The notes under the pieces are model-generated. The model saw only the letters and a program-made list of their open reading frames with translations. It was not told the origin of the DNA and did no database searches. Made by a program: the position numbers and the translations under genes. Shown here piece by piece: positions 1 to 11,256 of a stretch of DNA of 48,405 nucleotides (position 1 is the first letter of the stretch; the number at the start of each line of letters is the position of its first letter). The stretch is from positions 1 to 48,405 of the forward strand of contig JBGQEL010000024.1 of the NCBI GenBank assembly GCA_041496385.1. Reading direction: 5' to 3'. The DNA comes from Candidatus Methylomirabilia bacterium. Its GTDB lineage: Bacteria; Methylomirabilota; Methylomirabilia; Rokubacteriales; CSP1-6.

Positions 1-1
1 C

Positions 2-910
2 CACGCCGCGGCGCGGACCGAGCGCCTCGGCTTCCTCATCGCCCACCGTCCGGGCTTCGTCGCGCCGACGCTGGCGGCGCGCAAGGCCGCCACCCTCGAC
101 CACCTCACCGGCGGCCGCGTCGCGCTCCACATCATCAGCGGGGGCAGCGACGCCGAGCAGGCGCGCGACGGCGACTGGCTCGCGCACGACACCCGGTACC
201 GCCGGACCGACGAGTATCTCGAGGTCCTGCGGCGCACGTGGTCGGCCGAGGCGCCGTTCGACTACACGGGCGAGTTCTACCGCGTGGCGAAGGCCTTCTC
301 GGACGTCAAGCCGCTGCAGGGGCCGTCGATCCCGCTCTACTTCGGCGGCGCCTCCGGCCCGGCCGTCGCCGTGGGCGCCAGGCACTGCGACGTGTACGCG
401 CTCTGGGGCGAGCCGCTGGCCGCCGTGAAGCAGCGCATCGACGAGGTGCACGCCCTCGCCGCGACGTTCGGCCGGCGGCCGCGGATCAGCGTCTCGTTCC
501 GCCCCATCCTGGCCCCGACCGAGGCGGCGGCGTGGGAGCGCGCCCGCGCGATCCTCGCCAAGGTCGAGCAGGCACGGCCGGCGATCGTGGGCGAGGGCGC
601 GGGCATCCGGCCGCAGGCCGAGGGGGCGCGTCGCCTGGTCGAGTTCGCGGGCAAGGCCGAGGTCTACGACACGCGGCTCTGGATGCCGATCGCCGCCGCC
701 ATGGGCGGGGCGGGCAACACGACGGCGCTCGTGGGGACAGCCGAGCAGGTGGCGCAGGCGCTGCTGGACTACTACGACATCGGGGTGACCACGCTCCTCA
801 TCCGCGGCTTCGATCCGCTGCGCGACGCCGTGGAGTACGGGCGCGAGCTGATCCCGCGCGTGCGGGCGGAGGTGGCGCGCCGCGAGCGGGCCGCGGCCCG
901 CAGCGCCTGA
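2..910 (+). CDS. LLM-class flavin-dependent oxidoreductase (SsuD/MsuD-like), 5'-truncated by window edge
   Basis: Frame is open from position 2: TERLGFLIAHRPGFVAPTLAARKAATLDHLTGGRVALHIISG, then IPLYFGGAS and ALVGTAEQVA, all typical of luciferase-like monooxygenases. Confidence 0.9.
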   Translation, partial: HAAARTERLGFLIAHRPGFVAPTLAARKAATLDHLTGGRVALHIISGGSDAEQARDGDWLAHDTRYRRTDEYLEVLRRTWSAEAPFDYTGEFYRVAKAFSDVKPLQGPSIPLYFGGASGPAVAVGARHCDVYALWGEPLAAVKQRIDEVHALAATFGRRPRISVSFRPILAPTEAAAWERARAILAKVEQARPAIVGEGAGIRPQAEGARRLVEFAGKAEVYDTRLWMPIAAAMGGAGNTTALVGTAEQVAQALLDYYDIGVTTLLIRGFDPLRDAVEYGRELIPRVRAEVARRERAAARSA

Positions 911-911
911 C

Positions 912-1883
912 GTGACCACGCTGGTGACGGGCGCGTTCGGCTGCATCGGCGCCTGGGTCGTGCGCGGCCTCCTGGCCGCCGGCGAGCGCCCGGTCGCGTA
1001 CGACCTCGGCGACGATCCCTGGCGCATGCGCATGCTCCTCGGACCCGACGTCGCGAGCCGCATCACGGTCGTGCGCGGCGACATCGCCGACCGCGACGCG
1101 CTCATCCGCGCGGTGCGAGACCACGCGATCCGCCGCGTCGTCCACCTGGCCGCCTGGCAGGTGCCGCTCTGCCGCGAGGACCCGCCGCGCGGGGCGCTGA
1201 TCAACGTCGTGGGCACGGCGAACGTCTTCGAGGCCGCGCGCGCGGCGCGGATCGAGCGCGTCGTCTACGCGTCCTCCGCGGCCGTGTTCGGGCCGCCGGA
1301 CCTCTACCCGCCCGGCCCGCTCCGCGACGACGCGCGCCGCCGGCCGGCGACGCATTACGGTGTGTACAAGGTGGCGAACGAGGACACGGCGCGCGTCTAC
1401 TGGGAGGAGCACCGGATCGCGTCCATGGGCTTCCGCCCGCTGTCGGTCTACGGCCCCGGCCGCGACTTCGGCGTGACGGCGGCGCCCACGCTGGCGATGA
1501 AGGCGGCGGTGCTGGGCCGCGGCTATCGCATCCCGTACGGGGGCGGGACCGATCTCATCTTCGTGGACGACGTCGCCCGCGCGCTGCTCGCGGCCGCGGG
1601 CTCGACGCTCGACGGCGCCCGCGTCTACAACCTCCACGGCGAGACGATCGCCATCGCCGGCGTCGTGCGCGCGATCGAGGAGGCCTGGCCCGCGGCCCGG
1701 GGACTCCTCTCCCACGCCGAGCCCGCCATGCCCTTCGCCGACGCGCTGGACGACGCGGGCTACCAGAAGGACCTCGGTCCCGCGCCTCGGACCGCGTTCG
1801 CCGCGGGCGTCCGCCGGACGCTCGACGAGTTCGCGCGGCTGCAGAAGGAGGGGCGGCTCGACGCCCGCGAGCTCGCGGGGTAG
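912..1883 (+). CDS. NAD-dependent epimerase/dehydratase (extended SDR)
   Basis: TGAFGCIG Rossmann motif, ASSAAVFG, catalytic YGVYK, VYGPG. GTG start 1 nt after the upstream stop. Confidence 0.9.
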   Translation: MTTLVTGAFGCIGAWVVRGLLAAGERPVAYDLGDDPWRMRMLLGPDVASRITVVRGDIADRDALIRAVRDHAIRRVVHLAAWQVPLCREDPPRGALINVVGTANVFEAARAARIERVVYASSAAVFGPPDLYPPGPLRDDARRRPATHYGVYKVANEDTARVYWEEHRIASMGFRPLSVYGPGRDFGVTAAPTLAMKAAVLGRGYRIPYGGGTDLIFVDDVARALLAAAGSTLDGARVYNLHGETIAIAGVVRAIEEAWPAARGLLSHAEPAMPFADALDDAGYQKDLGPAPRTAFAAGVRRTLDEFARLQKEGRLDARELAG

Positions 1884-1910
1884 AATTCTCGCACCCATTC
1901 CCAGCAGTGA

Positions 1911-2036
1911 CTGGCCCGGATCGCTGGAGGTGTCAGCCACGGGTTCCTCTTCTCGGTCCAGCGGAGCGCGACGGCCGAGATCGAGTACCTGAAGGAGTAC
2001 CTCTACCAGGTGCCGGGCGGCCAGAAGACGACGTAG
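1911..2036 (+). pseudogene. Possible gene remnant (41 coding-like codons, no convincing start)
   Basis: Frame LARIAGGVSHGFLFSVQRSATAEIEYLKEYLYQVPGGQKTT-stop has genome-typical G/C-ending codons but follows an in-frame TGA at 1908. Confidence 0.35.
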
Positions 2037-2051
2037 CCGCCGCCCATCCGC

Positions 2052-3665
2052 TCAGTCGGCGATGGTGGCTGCCGCTTCGTCGGGGCGCTCGGGCGAGCCG
2101 GCGCGCGTCATGGGCTCGGTACGGACCCGCAGCATGAACGGCAGGAGCGCCAGCAGCGCGAAGCAGATGATCGAGAACAGCCGGAACTCGTCGGCGTACG
2201 CCATCACCTGCGCCTGGTCGGTCGCCTCGCGGTAGATCATGAGCATCGCCCGTCGCTGGGCGGTGAACAGGTCCGCGCCCTGCTTGACGAAGTGCGCGGT
2301 CCAATCCTGTAGCCGCGCCGCGGTCTCGGTGCTCCAGGCGTTCAGGTGGCCGATGAGTGTCGTCTGGTGGTACTGGCTGCGCCGCGCCAGGAGCGTCGTC
2401 GCCAGCGCGACGCCCACGCTGCCGCCGAAGTTCCGGATCACGTTGAACGCCGCCGTTGCGTTGCCGAGGCGCTCCATGCGCACGGTCGCGAGCGCGAGGG
2501 TCTGGAGCGGCACGAACACGAAGCCCATGCCGAGGCCCTGGACGAAGCGCGGCCACGCGAGGTTCCAGTAGTCCACGCCGAGCGTCATGTGCGACATCAT
2601 CGCGAGCGCCACGCCGTTGATGAACAGGCCTATCCCGAGGAGCAGGCGCTGGTCCATGCGCGCGACGAGCCGGCCCGCGATGAGCAGCGAGATCATGTTG
2701 CCGACGCCGCCGGGCGCCAGCACCAGCCCCGAGGTCCAGGCGTCGTAGCCGAGCTGCTTCTGCGTGTAGAGCGCCAGCAGCAGCATGCTCGCGTAGAAGC
2801 TGAAGATGGCGAGCAGGATCACGACGCTGGCGAGCGCGAAGTTCCGGTCGCGGAACACGGTGAGGTCGAGGATCGGCTCGGGGCTCGTCAGCTCGCGCAC
2901 GACGAAGGCGACGACGGCGCAGGCGGCCACCACGGCGAGCATCGTGACGAGGCGCGAGTCGAACCAGTCCTCCCGCTCGCCCCAGTCCAGCGTGAGCTGC
3001 AGGCAGCCGAACCCGACGACCATGAGGGCGAGGCCGGCCACGTCGGTGCGTCCCGGCTTCTTCGCGTAGGGCGAGTCGAAGACGAACGCGCTCGCCATGA
3101 CAAAGCCCAGGAGGCCGATCGGCAGGTTCACGTAGAAGATCCAGCGCCACGACCAGTTGTCCGCGATCCAGCCGCCGAGGGTCGGCCCCAGGATCGGGGC
3201 CATCATGATCCCCGCGCCCCAGAGCGCCATCGCCATGCCCCGCTGCCTCAGCGGGAAGATCTCCCAGAGGATCGCCTGGGAAATGGGGATCACCGGGCCG
3301 CCGCCGAGGCCCTGGAAGACGCGCGCGCCGACCAGCAACGAGAGGTTCGGCGCCACGCCCGACAGGAACGAGCTGACCGTGAACAGGACCGTGCAGATCA
3401 GGAAGAAGCGCCGCCGCCCGAGCAGGCCGGAGAGCCAGCCCGTCGCCGGGATGATGATCGCGTTGGCCGCGAGGAACGACGTGATGACCCACGACATCTC
3501 CTCGACGCCGGCGGAGAGCGAGCCCTGCATGTGCGGCAGCGCCACGTTGGTGACGCTCGTGTCGAGGACCTGCATGACCGCCACGAGCATGACCGACACC
3601 GTGATGGCCCACTTCCGGGCGGGAGAGAGCTCGGTGGTGGCGGCGGCGTCCGCGCCTCCGCTCAT
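2052..3665 (-). CDS. emrB: DHA2-family MFS efflux transporter (EmrB/QacA)
   Basis: MQVLDTSVTNVALPHMQGSL, WVITSFL, GPTLGGWIADNWSWRWIFYVNLPIG; many TM segments; coupled to a HlyD-family gene. Confidence 0.9.
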   Translation of the reverse strand: MSGGADAAATTELSPARKWAITVSVMLVAVMQVLDTSVTNVALPHMQGSLSAGVEEMSWVITSFLAANAIIIPATGWLSGLLGRRRFFLICTVLFTVSSFLSGVAPNLSLLVGARVFQGLGGGPVIPISQAILWEIFPLRQRGMAMALWGAGIMMAPILGPTLGGWIADNWSWRWIFYVNLPIGLLGFVMASAFVFDSPYAKKPGRTDVAGLALMVVGFGCLQLTLDWGEREDWFDSRLVTMLAVVAACAVVAFVVRELTSPEPILDLTVFRDRNFALASVVILLAIFSFYASMLLLALYTQKQLGYDAWTSGLVLAPGGVGNMISLLIAGRLVARMDQRLLLGIGLFINGVALAMMSHMTLGVDYWNLAWPRFVQGLGMGFVFVPLQTLALATVRMERLGNATAAFNVIRNFGGSVGVALATTLLARRSQYHQTTLIGHLNAWSTETAARLQDWTAHFVKQGADLFTAQRRAMLMIYREATDQAQVMAYADEFRLFSIICFALLALLPFMLRVRTEPMTRAGSPERPDEAAATIAD

Positions 3666-4915
3666 CGGACGCGGATCGCGACGCCCACCGACATGCCGGC
3701 CCGCAGCGTGTGCGGGTTCCCGAACTCCTTCGCGTCGAGGAGGATCTTCACGGGCACGCGCTGCACCACCTTCACCCAGTTCCCGGTGGCGTTCTCGGGC
3801 GGCAGCAGCGAGAAACGCGCGCCGGTCCCGGACGCGATCGAGTTGACGACGCCGGCGAACACCTTGTCCGGGAAGCCGTCGACCCGGACCTCGGCCCGCT
3901 GGCCCGCCCGGATCCGCGCGAGCTGCGTCTCCTTGAAGTTGGCGAGCACCCAGACGTCGTGGAGCGGGACGATCGCGAGGAGCGGCTGGCCCATCTGAAC
4001 GATCTGCCCGACCTCGACCGAGCGCTTCGAGACGATCCCGTCGAGCGGCGCGCGTACCTCGGTGTAGAGGAGCTGGAGCTCGGCGAGGGCGACGTCGGCC
4101 TGCAGCTCCTTGAGGCGCGCCTCCGCGCGGCTCACCTCGGCGTCCTTCATCGGGAACTGGTGCGTCTGGCTGTCCGCGCGCGCGAGCGCCGCGCGCGCCT
4201 CGGCCACGCGCTGCCGGGCCTGGTCCACGGCGTGGATGCGCGAGACCAGCTCGGCCTCCGCCTGCTGGACCTCCCGCTCGCTCGCGGTGAGCCGGCGCTG
4301 CGTCGCCTCGACGGTGGCGCTCGCGGTCTCGGACGCCGCCTCGGCGCGGTCGAAGTCGCGGCGCGCGACGAGGTCGCTCCGGAGCAGCGCGCGCTGCCGC
4401 TCGAGCTCCCGGCCCGCCTCGCGCTGCGCGCTCTCGGAGCCGGTCACGTCGGCGCGCATCGCGGCGACCGCGGCGCGCCGGACCTCGAGCCGCGCGCGCC
4501 CCTCTTCCACCGCCGACTCGGCCGAGCGGACGCCGACGACCGCCGCCGCGAGGTTCGCGCGCGCCTGGTCGATCTGCGCGCGCGTGGACTCGCGCGTGAG
4601 CGGCACGTCGGAGCGCGCCGCGCGCAGCGCGGCCTCGGCGGTGGCGACGGCCGCGCGCGTCTGGGCCACCCTCGCCTCGAAGTCCCGCGGGTCCACGCGG
4701 AGCAGCAGCTCGCCCTGCTTCACCGCCTGGTTGTCGCGCACGAGCATCTCGGCGACGGTGCCCATGACCCGGGCGCTGATCGGCGAGATCGTGCCCTCGA
4801 TGTAGGCGTCGTCGGTCGAGACCCAGCGGGTCGCCTGGTACCAGAGCCAGCCGCCGTACGCGAGGGCGACGACGCCCACGACGGCGCCGGCGATGAGGAC
4901 GAGGCGCGCCCTCAC
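3662..4915 (-). CDS. emrA: HlyD/EmrA-family membrane fusion protein
   Basis: N-terminal TM, VSTDDAYI, long coiled coil, TGARFSLLPPENATGNWVKVVQRVPVKI signature. Confidence 0.92.
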   Translation of the reverse strand: MRARLVLIAGAVVGVVALAYGGWLWYQATRWVSTDDAYIEGTISPISARVMGTVAEMLVRDNQAVKQGELLLRVDPRDFEARVAQTRAAVATAEAALRAARSDVPLTRESTRAQIDQARANLAAAVVGVRSAESAVEEGRARLEVRRAAVAAMRADVTGSESAQREAGRELERQRALLRSDLVARRDFDRAEAASETASATVEATQRRLTASEREVQQAEAELVSRIHAVDQARQRVAEARAALARADSQTHQFPMKDAEVSRAEARLKELQADVALAELQLLYTEVRAPLDGIVSKRSVEVGQIVQMGQPLLAIVPLHDVWVLANFKETQLARIRAGQRAEVRVDGFPDKVFAGVVNSIASGTGARFSLLPPENATGNWVKVVQRVPVKILLDAKEFGNPHTLRAGMSVGVAIRVR

Positions 4916-4945
4916 GGCGCGCGCTCCGCGGCCCGGGGGAGCGGG

Positions 4946-6199
4946 CTAATCGTGAGCGAGCGGGATCAACCGTCCCGCTGCGTCGAAGGGCAGCGGCGCG
5001 GGATCGTCAAGCTGCGTGAGGTCGCCACGCGCGGCGACCTCGGGCAGGAAGGCTTCGGACACCTCGAGCTCGCCCAGCATCAGGGTGCTCTTGATGCGGA
5101 TGACGCGCGCCTTCTCGGGCGGCGTGAGACCGATGCACGAGAGCGCGGTCTCGACGGCCTCCCGGTCCGTGTCGTAGGTCGGCGGGATCTTCGCCCCCCC
5201 CGGCGCGCAGGCCGTGATGGCGTTGATCAGGGTGGGCTTCATGTCGATCTTGTCCACGAGCCGGCGCGTCGTGAAATCGGCGTTGCCGATGCCGACGGCG
5301 TTGCCGTAGCTCTCCTCGGTGAGGTCCAGCGTGACGATCCAGAGGATCTTCGGCTCCGCCGGGAACGGCTCGTGCGGGTTCGAGGGCCGGCCGATCACGT
5401 TGGTGTCCATGCCGGCGCCCGAGATGTTCTTGCCCATCTCCTCGACGATCAGCACGTCGATCGGCGAGAACGGCAGGCGCGCCATCCACTCGCGCGCGTC
5501 CTTGAGCATCCGCCGCTCGCCCGCCTCGAGGTCCTCGGCGTTGAAGGCCTCGATCCGCGCCGTCTCGTCGTAGCCGTTCTCGACGATGCCCACGCCGAAG
5601 CCGATGCGCGCGTGCGCCAGCATCGCGCGCCCGACCGAGGTGATGACCGTCTCGTAGCCGTGGCGGATGTTGGCGCGATGGTACTGGATGGCGCCCGTGT
5701 ACTTGCCGAGGCCGATCGTCATCATCTTGAACAGCCCCGACTCGATCGAGCCCTTGAAGTCCGTGTGCGGCTTGACGCGGTTGACGAGGCCGATCCAGTC
5801 GGCCTCCGCGGCGTACCGGTCGAGCCAGACGGGCAGCCCGAGCGTCTCGCCCACCCGCACGACCTCCATCGTCGCGCGCACCGGGCAGCCCATCGTCGCC
5901 TCGGTGATGCCGTAGTGCTCGAGCACGGAGAGCTGGCCCTCGGGCGTCCCGCCGCCGTGGCTGCCCATCGCCGGGAACACGAAGGGCCGGGCGCCCAGGT
6001 CGCGGAGCCAGCGCACCGTGGCGCCGACGACCGTGCCGATGTTGGCGATGCCGCGGCTGCCCGCGCCGACGCCGACCGAGTCCCCGCGCTTGATCGGCAG
6101 GCGGGCGCCGGCGAGCGCCTCGGCGACCGCGCGGGGAATGTCGGTCACCCGGGGGCGCGAGAAGGTCTGGCGAACTCGCAGCATCCGCGGCAGGGCCAT
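4946..6199 (-). CDS. LarA N-terminal-like / DUF2088 domain protein
   Basis: GSRGIANI, PAMGSHGG, NRVKPHTDF, ESGLFKMMTIGLGK, GKNISGAGMDTNVIGR. AGGAGG SD upstream of the ATG at 6199. Confidence 0.7.
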   Translation of the reverse strand: MALPRMLRVRQTFSRPRVTDIPRAVAEALAGARLPIKRGDSVGVGAGSRGIANIGTVVGATVRWLRDLGARPFVFPAMGSHGGGTPEGQLSVLEHYGITEATMGCPVRATMEVVRVGETLGLPVWLDRYAAEADWIGLVNRVKPHTDFKGSIESGLFKMMTIGLGKYTGAIQYHRANIRHGYETVITSVGRAMLAHARIGFGVGIVENGYDETARIEAFNAEDLEAGERRMLKDAREWMARLPFSPIDVLIVEEMGKNISGAGMDTNVIGRPSNPHEPFPAEPKILWIVTLDLTEESYGNAVGIGNADFTTRRLVDKIDMKPTLINAITACAPGGAKIPPTYDTDREAVETALSCIGLTPPEKARVIRIKSTLMLGELEVSEAFLPEVAARGDLTQLDDPAPLPFDAAGRLIPLAHD

Positions 6200-6227
6200 G
6201 GGGCAAGAACCTCCTGGGCGTGCTTTC

Positions 6228-6256
6228 GTAATACCGGGCGGCGCCGGGGAAGTCAA
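6228..6256 (-). promoter_or_regulatory. sigma70-type promoter for the DUF2088-emrAB unit
   Basis: Minus strand reads TTGACT-N17-TATTAC in an AT-richer divergent intergenic region. Confidence 0.65.
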
Positions 6257-6301
6257 AGAGTTTTTGCCAACGGATTGTGCTATATGTATGGGCCAATTTT
6301 A

Positions 6302-7063
6302 ATGATTGGCGTTCCTGCCCTCCCTACGCGCTTACTCTTGGCTGGCCTGCTCCTGGCCGTGGCCGGCTGCGGCTGGATCAAGCCCGCGCCGACGCCCATC
6401 CTGCCCGCGGAGGAGCTCTACTCGAACGGCGAGGAGCAGCTGAACCGCAAGCGCTACGACGAGGCGCGTCAGAGCTTCACGAAGATCGTCGAGCGCCACC
6501 CGACCTCCTCCTACGCCTCACGCGCGCGCTTCCTGATCGGGGAGGCCCACTACCGCGAGGGCTCGTTCGACAAGGCCATCAAGGAGTTCGAGGCGTTCCT
6601 GTCGTTCTTCCCGCGCCACCAGATCGCCGACCTCGTACACTTCCGGCTGGCGATGAGCTACTACGACCAGATGAAGCCCGTCGAGCAGGACCAGGGGCTC
6701 ACGCAGAAGGCGCTCGACCAGTTCCGGAAACTCGTCAAGGAGTACCCCGAGAGCCGCTACGCGACCGAGGCGCTGGCCAAGATCGACATCTGCCGAGGCA
6801 TGCTCGCGCAGAAGGAGGTCTGGGTCGCCAACTACTACTTCACCCAGGGCAACCCGGGCGGGGCGCGCCAGCGGCTCGAGCAGGTCCTCAAGAACTACCC
6901 GCGGGCGCTCGTGGTGCCGGAGGCGCTCTTCCTCCTCGCCGAGGTCAACTTCAAAGAGGGCAAGAACGCCGACGCGGTCCAGCTCCTGCGTCGCCTGTCG
7001 GACGAGTACGGCTACACCGACTTCGGGCGGCGCGCCGCGCTGCGGCTCAGGGCGCAACGGTAG
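6302..7063 (+). CDS. bamD: Outer membrane protein assembly factor BamD (TPR lipoprotein)
   Basis: Lipobox LAVAG-C, TPR helices, EQDQGLTQKALDQFRKLVKEYPESRYA, LAQKEVWVANYY. Only the 3' end of ORF 3710..7063 is the gene. Confidence 0.9.
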   Translation: MIGVPALPTRLLLAGLLLAVAGCGWIKPAPTPILPAEELYSNGEEQLNRKRYDEARQSFTKIVERHPTSSYASRARFLIGEAHYREGSFDKAIKEFEAFLSFFPRHQIADLVHFRLAMSYYDQMKPVEQDQGLTQKALDQFRKLVKEYPESRYATEALAKIDICRGMLAQKEVWVANYYFTQGNPGGARQRLEQVLKNYPRALVVPEALFLLAEVNFKEGKNADAVQLLRRLSDEYGYTDFGRRAALRLRAQR

Positions 7064-7124
7064 TGCGAGGTGAGACCGTTCGACGGGCGAGCCGAGCGGT
7101 GAAATGATCGGAGGACTCTGACTC

Positions 7125-8162
7125 GTGCACGACTTCGTCGATCTTCGCTCCGACACGCTCACGCTCCCGACGCCCCAGATGCGCGAGGCGATGGCCCGCG
7201 CCGAGGTGGGCGACGACGTCTGGGAGGAGGACCCGACCGTCAAGCGCCTGGAGGCTGTGGCGGCCGAGCGGCTGGGCCAGGAGGCGGGGCTGTTCGTCGC
7301 CTCGGGCACGATGGGCAACCTCGTCTCGGTCGTGAGCCATACGCGGTCCGGGCAGGAGGTCGTCCTCGACCTCGACTCGCACATCTTCAACTACGAGGTC
7401 GCGGGCGCCGCGGTCATCGGCAGCGTCCAGATGCGCCCGGTGAAGACGGCGCGCGGCTTCCTGTCGCCCGAGCAGGTCAAGGAGGCGCTCCGGCCCGCGA
7501 ACATCCACGTCCCGCCGACCGGCCTCGTCTGCCTCGAAAACACCCACAACCGGCACGGGGGGACGTGCTGCGCGCCGGAGGAGATCGCCGCGGTCGCGGC
7601 GGTGGCCCACGCCGCGGGCGTGCCGGTGCACCTCGACGGCGCGCGGCTCTTCAACGCCGCGGTCGCGCTCGGGCGGCCCGCGAGCGAGTTCGCGCGCCAC
7701 GTGGACTCGGTGACCTTCTGCGTCTCGAAGGGACTGGGCGCGCCCGTCGGCTCCGTCGTCTGCGGCGCGCGCGACTTCATCGCGCGGGCGCGGCGCGTGC
7801 GCAAGATGGTCGGCGGCGGGATGCGGCAGGCGGGCGTCATCGCGGCGGCCGGTCTCGTCGCCCTCGAGCGCATGGTGGACCGCCTCGCCGAGGACCACGC
7901 CAACGCCCGGCGGCTCGCCGAGGGCCTGGCGAAGCTCCCGCGGCTCCGGGTGGACCTCGCGAGCGTCCAGACGAACATCGTCATCTTCGGCGTCGAGCGC
8001 GCCGGTGGCGTCGAGGCGCTGGTGGCGGGCTGCGCGGCGCGGAAGGTGAAGGTCCACGCGATCGGGCCCACGTCGATCCGCTGCGTGACGCACAAGGACG
8101 TCGACGCCGGGGACATCGAGCGCGCGCTCGCGGCCGTCGGCGAGATCACGAACTCGTGGTAA
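7125..8162 (+). CDS. ltaE: Low-specificity L-threonine aldolase
   Basis: [51 protein letters not shown] (PLP Lys), [15 protein letters not shown]. Confidence 0.95.
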   Translation: MHDFVDLRSDTLTLPTPQMREAMARAEVGDDVWEEDPTVKRLEAVAAERLGQEAGLFVASGTMGNLVSVVSHTRSGQEVVLDLDSHIFNYEVAGAAVIGSVQMRPVKTARGFLSPEQVKEALRPANIHVPPTGLVCLENTHNRHGGTCCAPEEIAAVAAVAHAAGVPVHLDGARLFNAAVALGRPASEFARHVDSVTFCVSKGLGAPVGSVVCGARDFIARARRVRKMVGGGMRQAGVIAAAGLVALERMVDRLAEDHANARRLAEGLAKLPRLRVDLASVQTNIVIFGVERAGGVEALVAGCAARKVKVHAIGPTSIRCVTHKDVDAGDIERALAAVGEITNSW

Positions 8163-8187
8163 CGCGAGCCGGTACCTAGGGGGCGCC

Positions 8188-9165
8188 ATGGCCGAGCGAC
8201 TTCTCGACGTCAAGAACCTCAAGACGTACTTCTTCACCGACGAGGGCGTGGTGCGCGCCGTCGACGGCGTGGACCTCTACATCGACAAGGGCGAGACCCT
8301 CGGCGTCGTCGGCGAGTCCGGGTCCGGCAAGAGCGTGACCGCGCTCTCCATCATGCGGCTCATCCCGACGCCGCCCGGCCGCATCGTCGAGGGCGTCATC
8401 ACGTACGGCGGCAAGGCCCTCCTCGACCTGCCCCCCGCCCAGATGCGCAAGATCCGCGGCAAAGAGATCTCGATGATCTTTCAGGAGCCGATGACGTCGC
8501 TGAACCCGGTCTTCACGGTCGGCGAGCAGATCGCCGAGGCCGTGCGCCTGCACGAGGGGCTCGGGCGGCGCGACGCGATGGACAAGACGGTCGAGATGCT
8601 CAAGCTCGTGCACATGGCGAACGCCGAGCGCCGCGTGCGCGAGTACCCGCACCAGCTCTCGGGGGGCATGCGCCAGCGCGTGATGATCGCGATGGCGCTC
8701 TCCTGCAACCCGAAGCTCCTCATCGCCGACGAGCCGACGACCGCGCTCGACGTCACCATCCAGGCGCAGATCCTCGAGCTCCTCAACGAGCTCAAGGCCA
8801 AGCTCGGGATGGCGATCCTCCTGATCACGCACGACATGGGCGTCATCGCGGAGACGGCGCAGCGCGTGGTCGTCATGTACGGCGCGCAGGTCGTCGAGGA
8901 GGCGGCGGTCACCGAGCTCTTCAAGGAGCCGCTCCACCCCTACACGCAGGGGCTCCTCCGCTCGATTCCAAGAATCGACCTCGCGGCCACGAAGCGGCAG
9001 AAGCTCGAGGCGATCCCCGGCACCGTGCCCACCCTGCGCGGGGACGTGAAGCCCGGCTGCCGCTTCGCGCCGCGCTGCCAGTTCGTCATGCCGAAGTGCA
9101 GCGAGAGCGATCCGAAGCTGAAGGAACTCCGGCCGGGCCACAAGGTGGCCTGCTTCCTCTACTGA
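8188..9165 (+). CDS. oppD: Oligopeptide/dipeptide ABC transporter ATP-binding subunit (OppD/DppD)
   Basis: [44 protein letters not shown]-terminal Cys motif. Confidence 0.92.
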   Translation: MAERLLDVKNLKTYFFTDEGVVRAVDGVDLYIDKGETLGVVGESGSGKSVTALSIMRLIPTPPGRIVEGVITYGGKALLDLPPAQMRKIRGKEISMIFQEPMTSLNPVFTVGEQIAEAVRLHEGLGRRDAMDKTVEMLKLVHMANAERRVREYPHQLSGGMRQRVMIAMALSCNPKLLIADEPTTALDVTIQAQILELLNELKAKLGMAILLITHDMGVIAETAQRVVVMYGAQVVEEAAVTELFKEPLHPYTQGLLRSIPRIDLAATKRQKLEAIPGTVPTLRGDVKPGCRFAPRCQFVMPKCSESDPKLKELRPGHKVACFLY

Positions 9166-9173
9166 GGCGCGCC

Positions 9174-10160
<987 letters not shown>

Positions 10161-10206
10161 CGCCCGGCGCGGGTGAACCGACGCGGGCGCCGCGCGCGCG
10201 GGGCGC

Positions 10207-11142
10207 TTAGTTCCAGAGGTAGGCGCGGGGGTTCACGGGCTGGCCCTTCACGAGGATCTCGTAGTGAAGGTGCGGGCCCGAGGAGCGCCCCGTGTTGCCG
10301 GTGAGACCGATGAGCGTGCCGCGCTCGACCCGGTCGTCCTGCTTGACCGACATCTGCGAGAGGTGGCCGTAGATCGTCCGGAGGTCGTTACCGTGGTCGA
10401 GGATGACGGTGATGCCGTACTCCTGCTGCGTGCCTGCGAAGACGACGGTGCCGGCCGCCGGCGCGCGCACCTGCGTCCCCCGCTCGGCGCGGATGTCGAG
10501 GCCGCTGTGGAACTCGCGCGCGTTGGTCCATGGCGAGAGGCGCAGGCCGAACTCCGAGTTCACGGCCCCGCGGACGGGCCAGCGCGACGGCAGCGCGGCC
10601 AGCGCCTTGCCGGCGCGCGCCATGAGGCGGTCCAGCGCCCGGAGGTTCTCGCCCTGCTCCAGGACGCCCTCGGCGAGCCGGTCGAGCTCGTCCCTGGGGC
10701 TCAGCCGCGCGGGCACGCGGTCGGGCGGCAGCGTGCCGCCGCCGATGCCGCGGTCGCGTCCGCCCGGGGCGAGCTCGGGACCGAACGGCTCCCAGATCCG
10801 CGCGTGGAGCTCGCGCCAGCCCGCCACCTCCTTGCGGAGGTCGGCGACGCGGCGGTTGTACACGTCGATGGTGGCGCGCTGCTCGGCGAGCTGCTCGCTG
10901 AAGGTCCGCGCCTCGCGGGTGAGCTGGCGGAGCTGGACCCAGTCGCCGACGAGGGCGCCCGCCACGGACACGGTCACGGCGAGAATGACGAAGGCGCCCA
11001 GCGCGAGAGGTCGGGGAAAATTGAAGCGCGCGACCCTGACGCCGTCACCGCGAACAACGAGCACACTGAAGTGATTGCGCCTCTTCAAGCGCGCGCGCGC
11101 CCTCCTAGGCTCGGTCGTCGGTCGCTGAGCGGTTTCTAGCAT
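10207..11142 (-). CDS. M23-family metallopeptidase (MepM/NlpD-like) with N-terminal TM and coiled coil
   Basis: HSGLD (HxxxD) and GPHLHYE (HxH) zinc motifs, YGHL. Start uncertain (11142 or 11184). Confidence 0.9.
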   Translation of the reverse strand: MLETAQRPTTEPRRARARLKRRNHFSVLVVRGDGVRVARFNFPRPLALGAFVILAVTVSVAGALVGDWVQLRQLTREARTFSEQLAEQRATIDVYNRRVADLRKEVAGWRELHARIWEPFGPELAPGGRDRGIGGGTLPPDRVPARLSPRDELDRLAEGVLEQGENLRALDRLMARAGKALAALPSRWPVRGAVNSEFGLRLSPWTNAREFHSGLDIRAERGTQVRAPAAGTVVFAGTQQEYGITVILDHGNDLRTIYGHLSQMSVKQDDRVERGTLIGLTGNTGRSSGPHLHYEILVKGQPVNPRAYLWN

Positions 11143-11197
11143 CCGCTCAGGGAGACTGTCAACGGAAGATTCCCGGCTCTCCATGCGAGTGCACACC

Positions 11198-11214
11198 CGC
11201 AAACGACGTGCCGG
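11198..11214 (-). promoter_or_regulatory. sigma54 (-24/-12) promoter for the M23 peptidase gene
   Basis: Minus strand CCGGCACGTCGTTTGCG matches GGCACG-N4-TTGC with exact GG-N10-GC spacing. Confidence 0.7.
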
Positions 11215-11256
11215 ACGCGCCCGCGCGGAGAATCGCGCAGTTGCGCCGGACTAACG

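Noticed and set aside
1881..1910. Stop read-through or selenocysteine extension of the SDR into the downstream in-frame fragment
   Set aside because: It would need two different stops (TAG and TGA) to be bypassed, the intervening codons are atypical and no SECIS-like element was recognised.
3710..6301. 1117 aa ORF (3710..7063) suggesting a giant BamD fusion
   Set aside because: The upstream part is the antisense shadow of emrA and the DUF2088-like gene and crosses a promoter region. The BamD lipoprotein signal begins near 6302.
10161..10206. GC-rich hairpin between convergent oppF and M23 genes as an intrinsic terminator
   Set aside because: No U-tract on either strand, and such pairing is expected by chance at this GC content.
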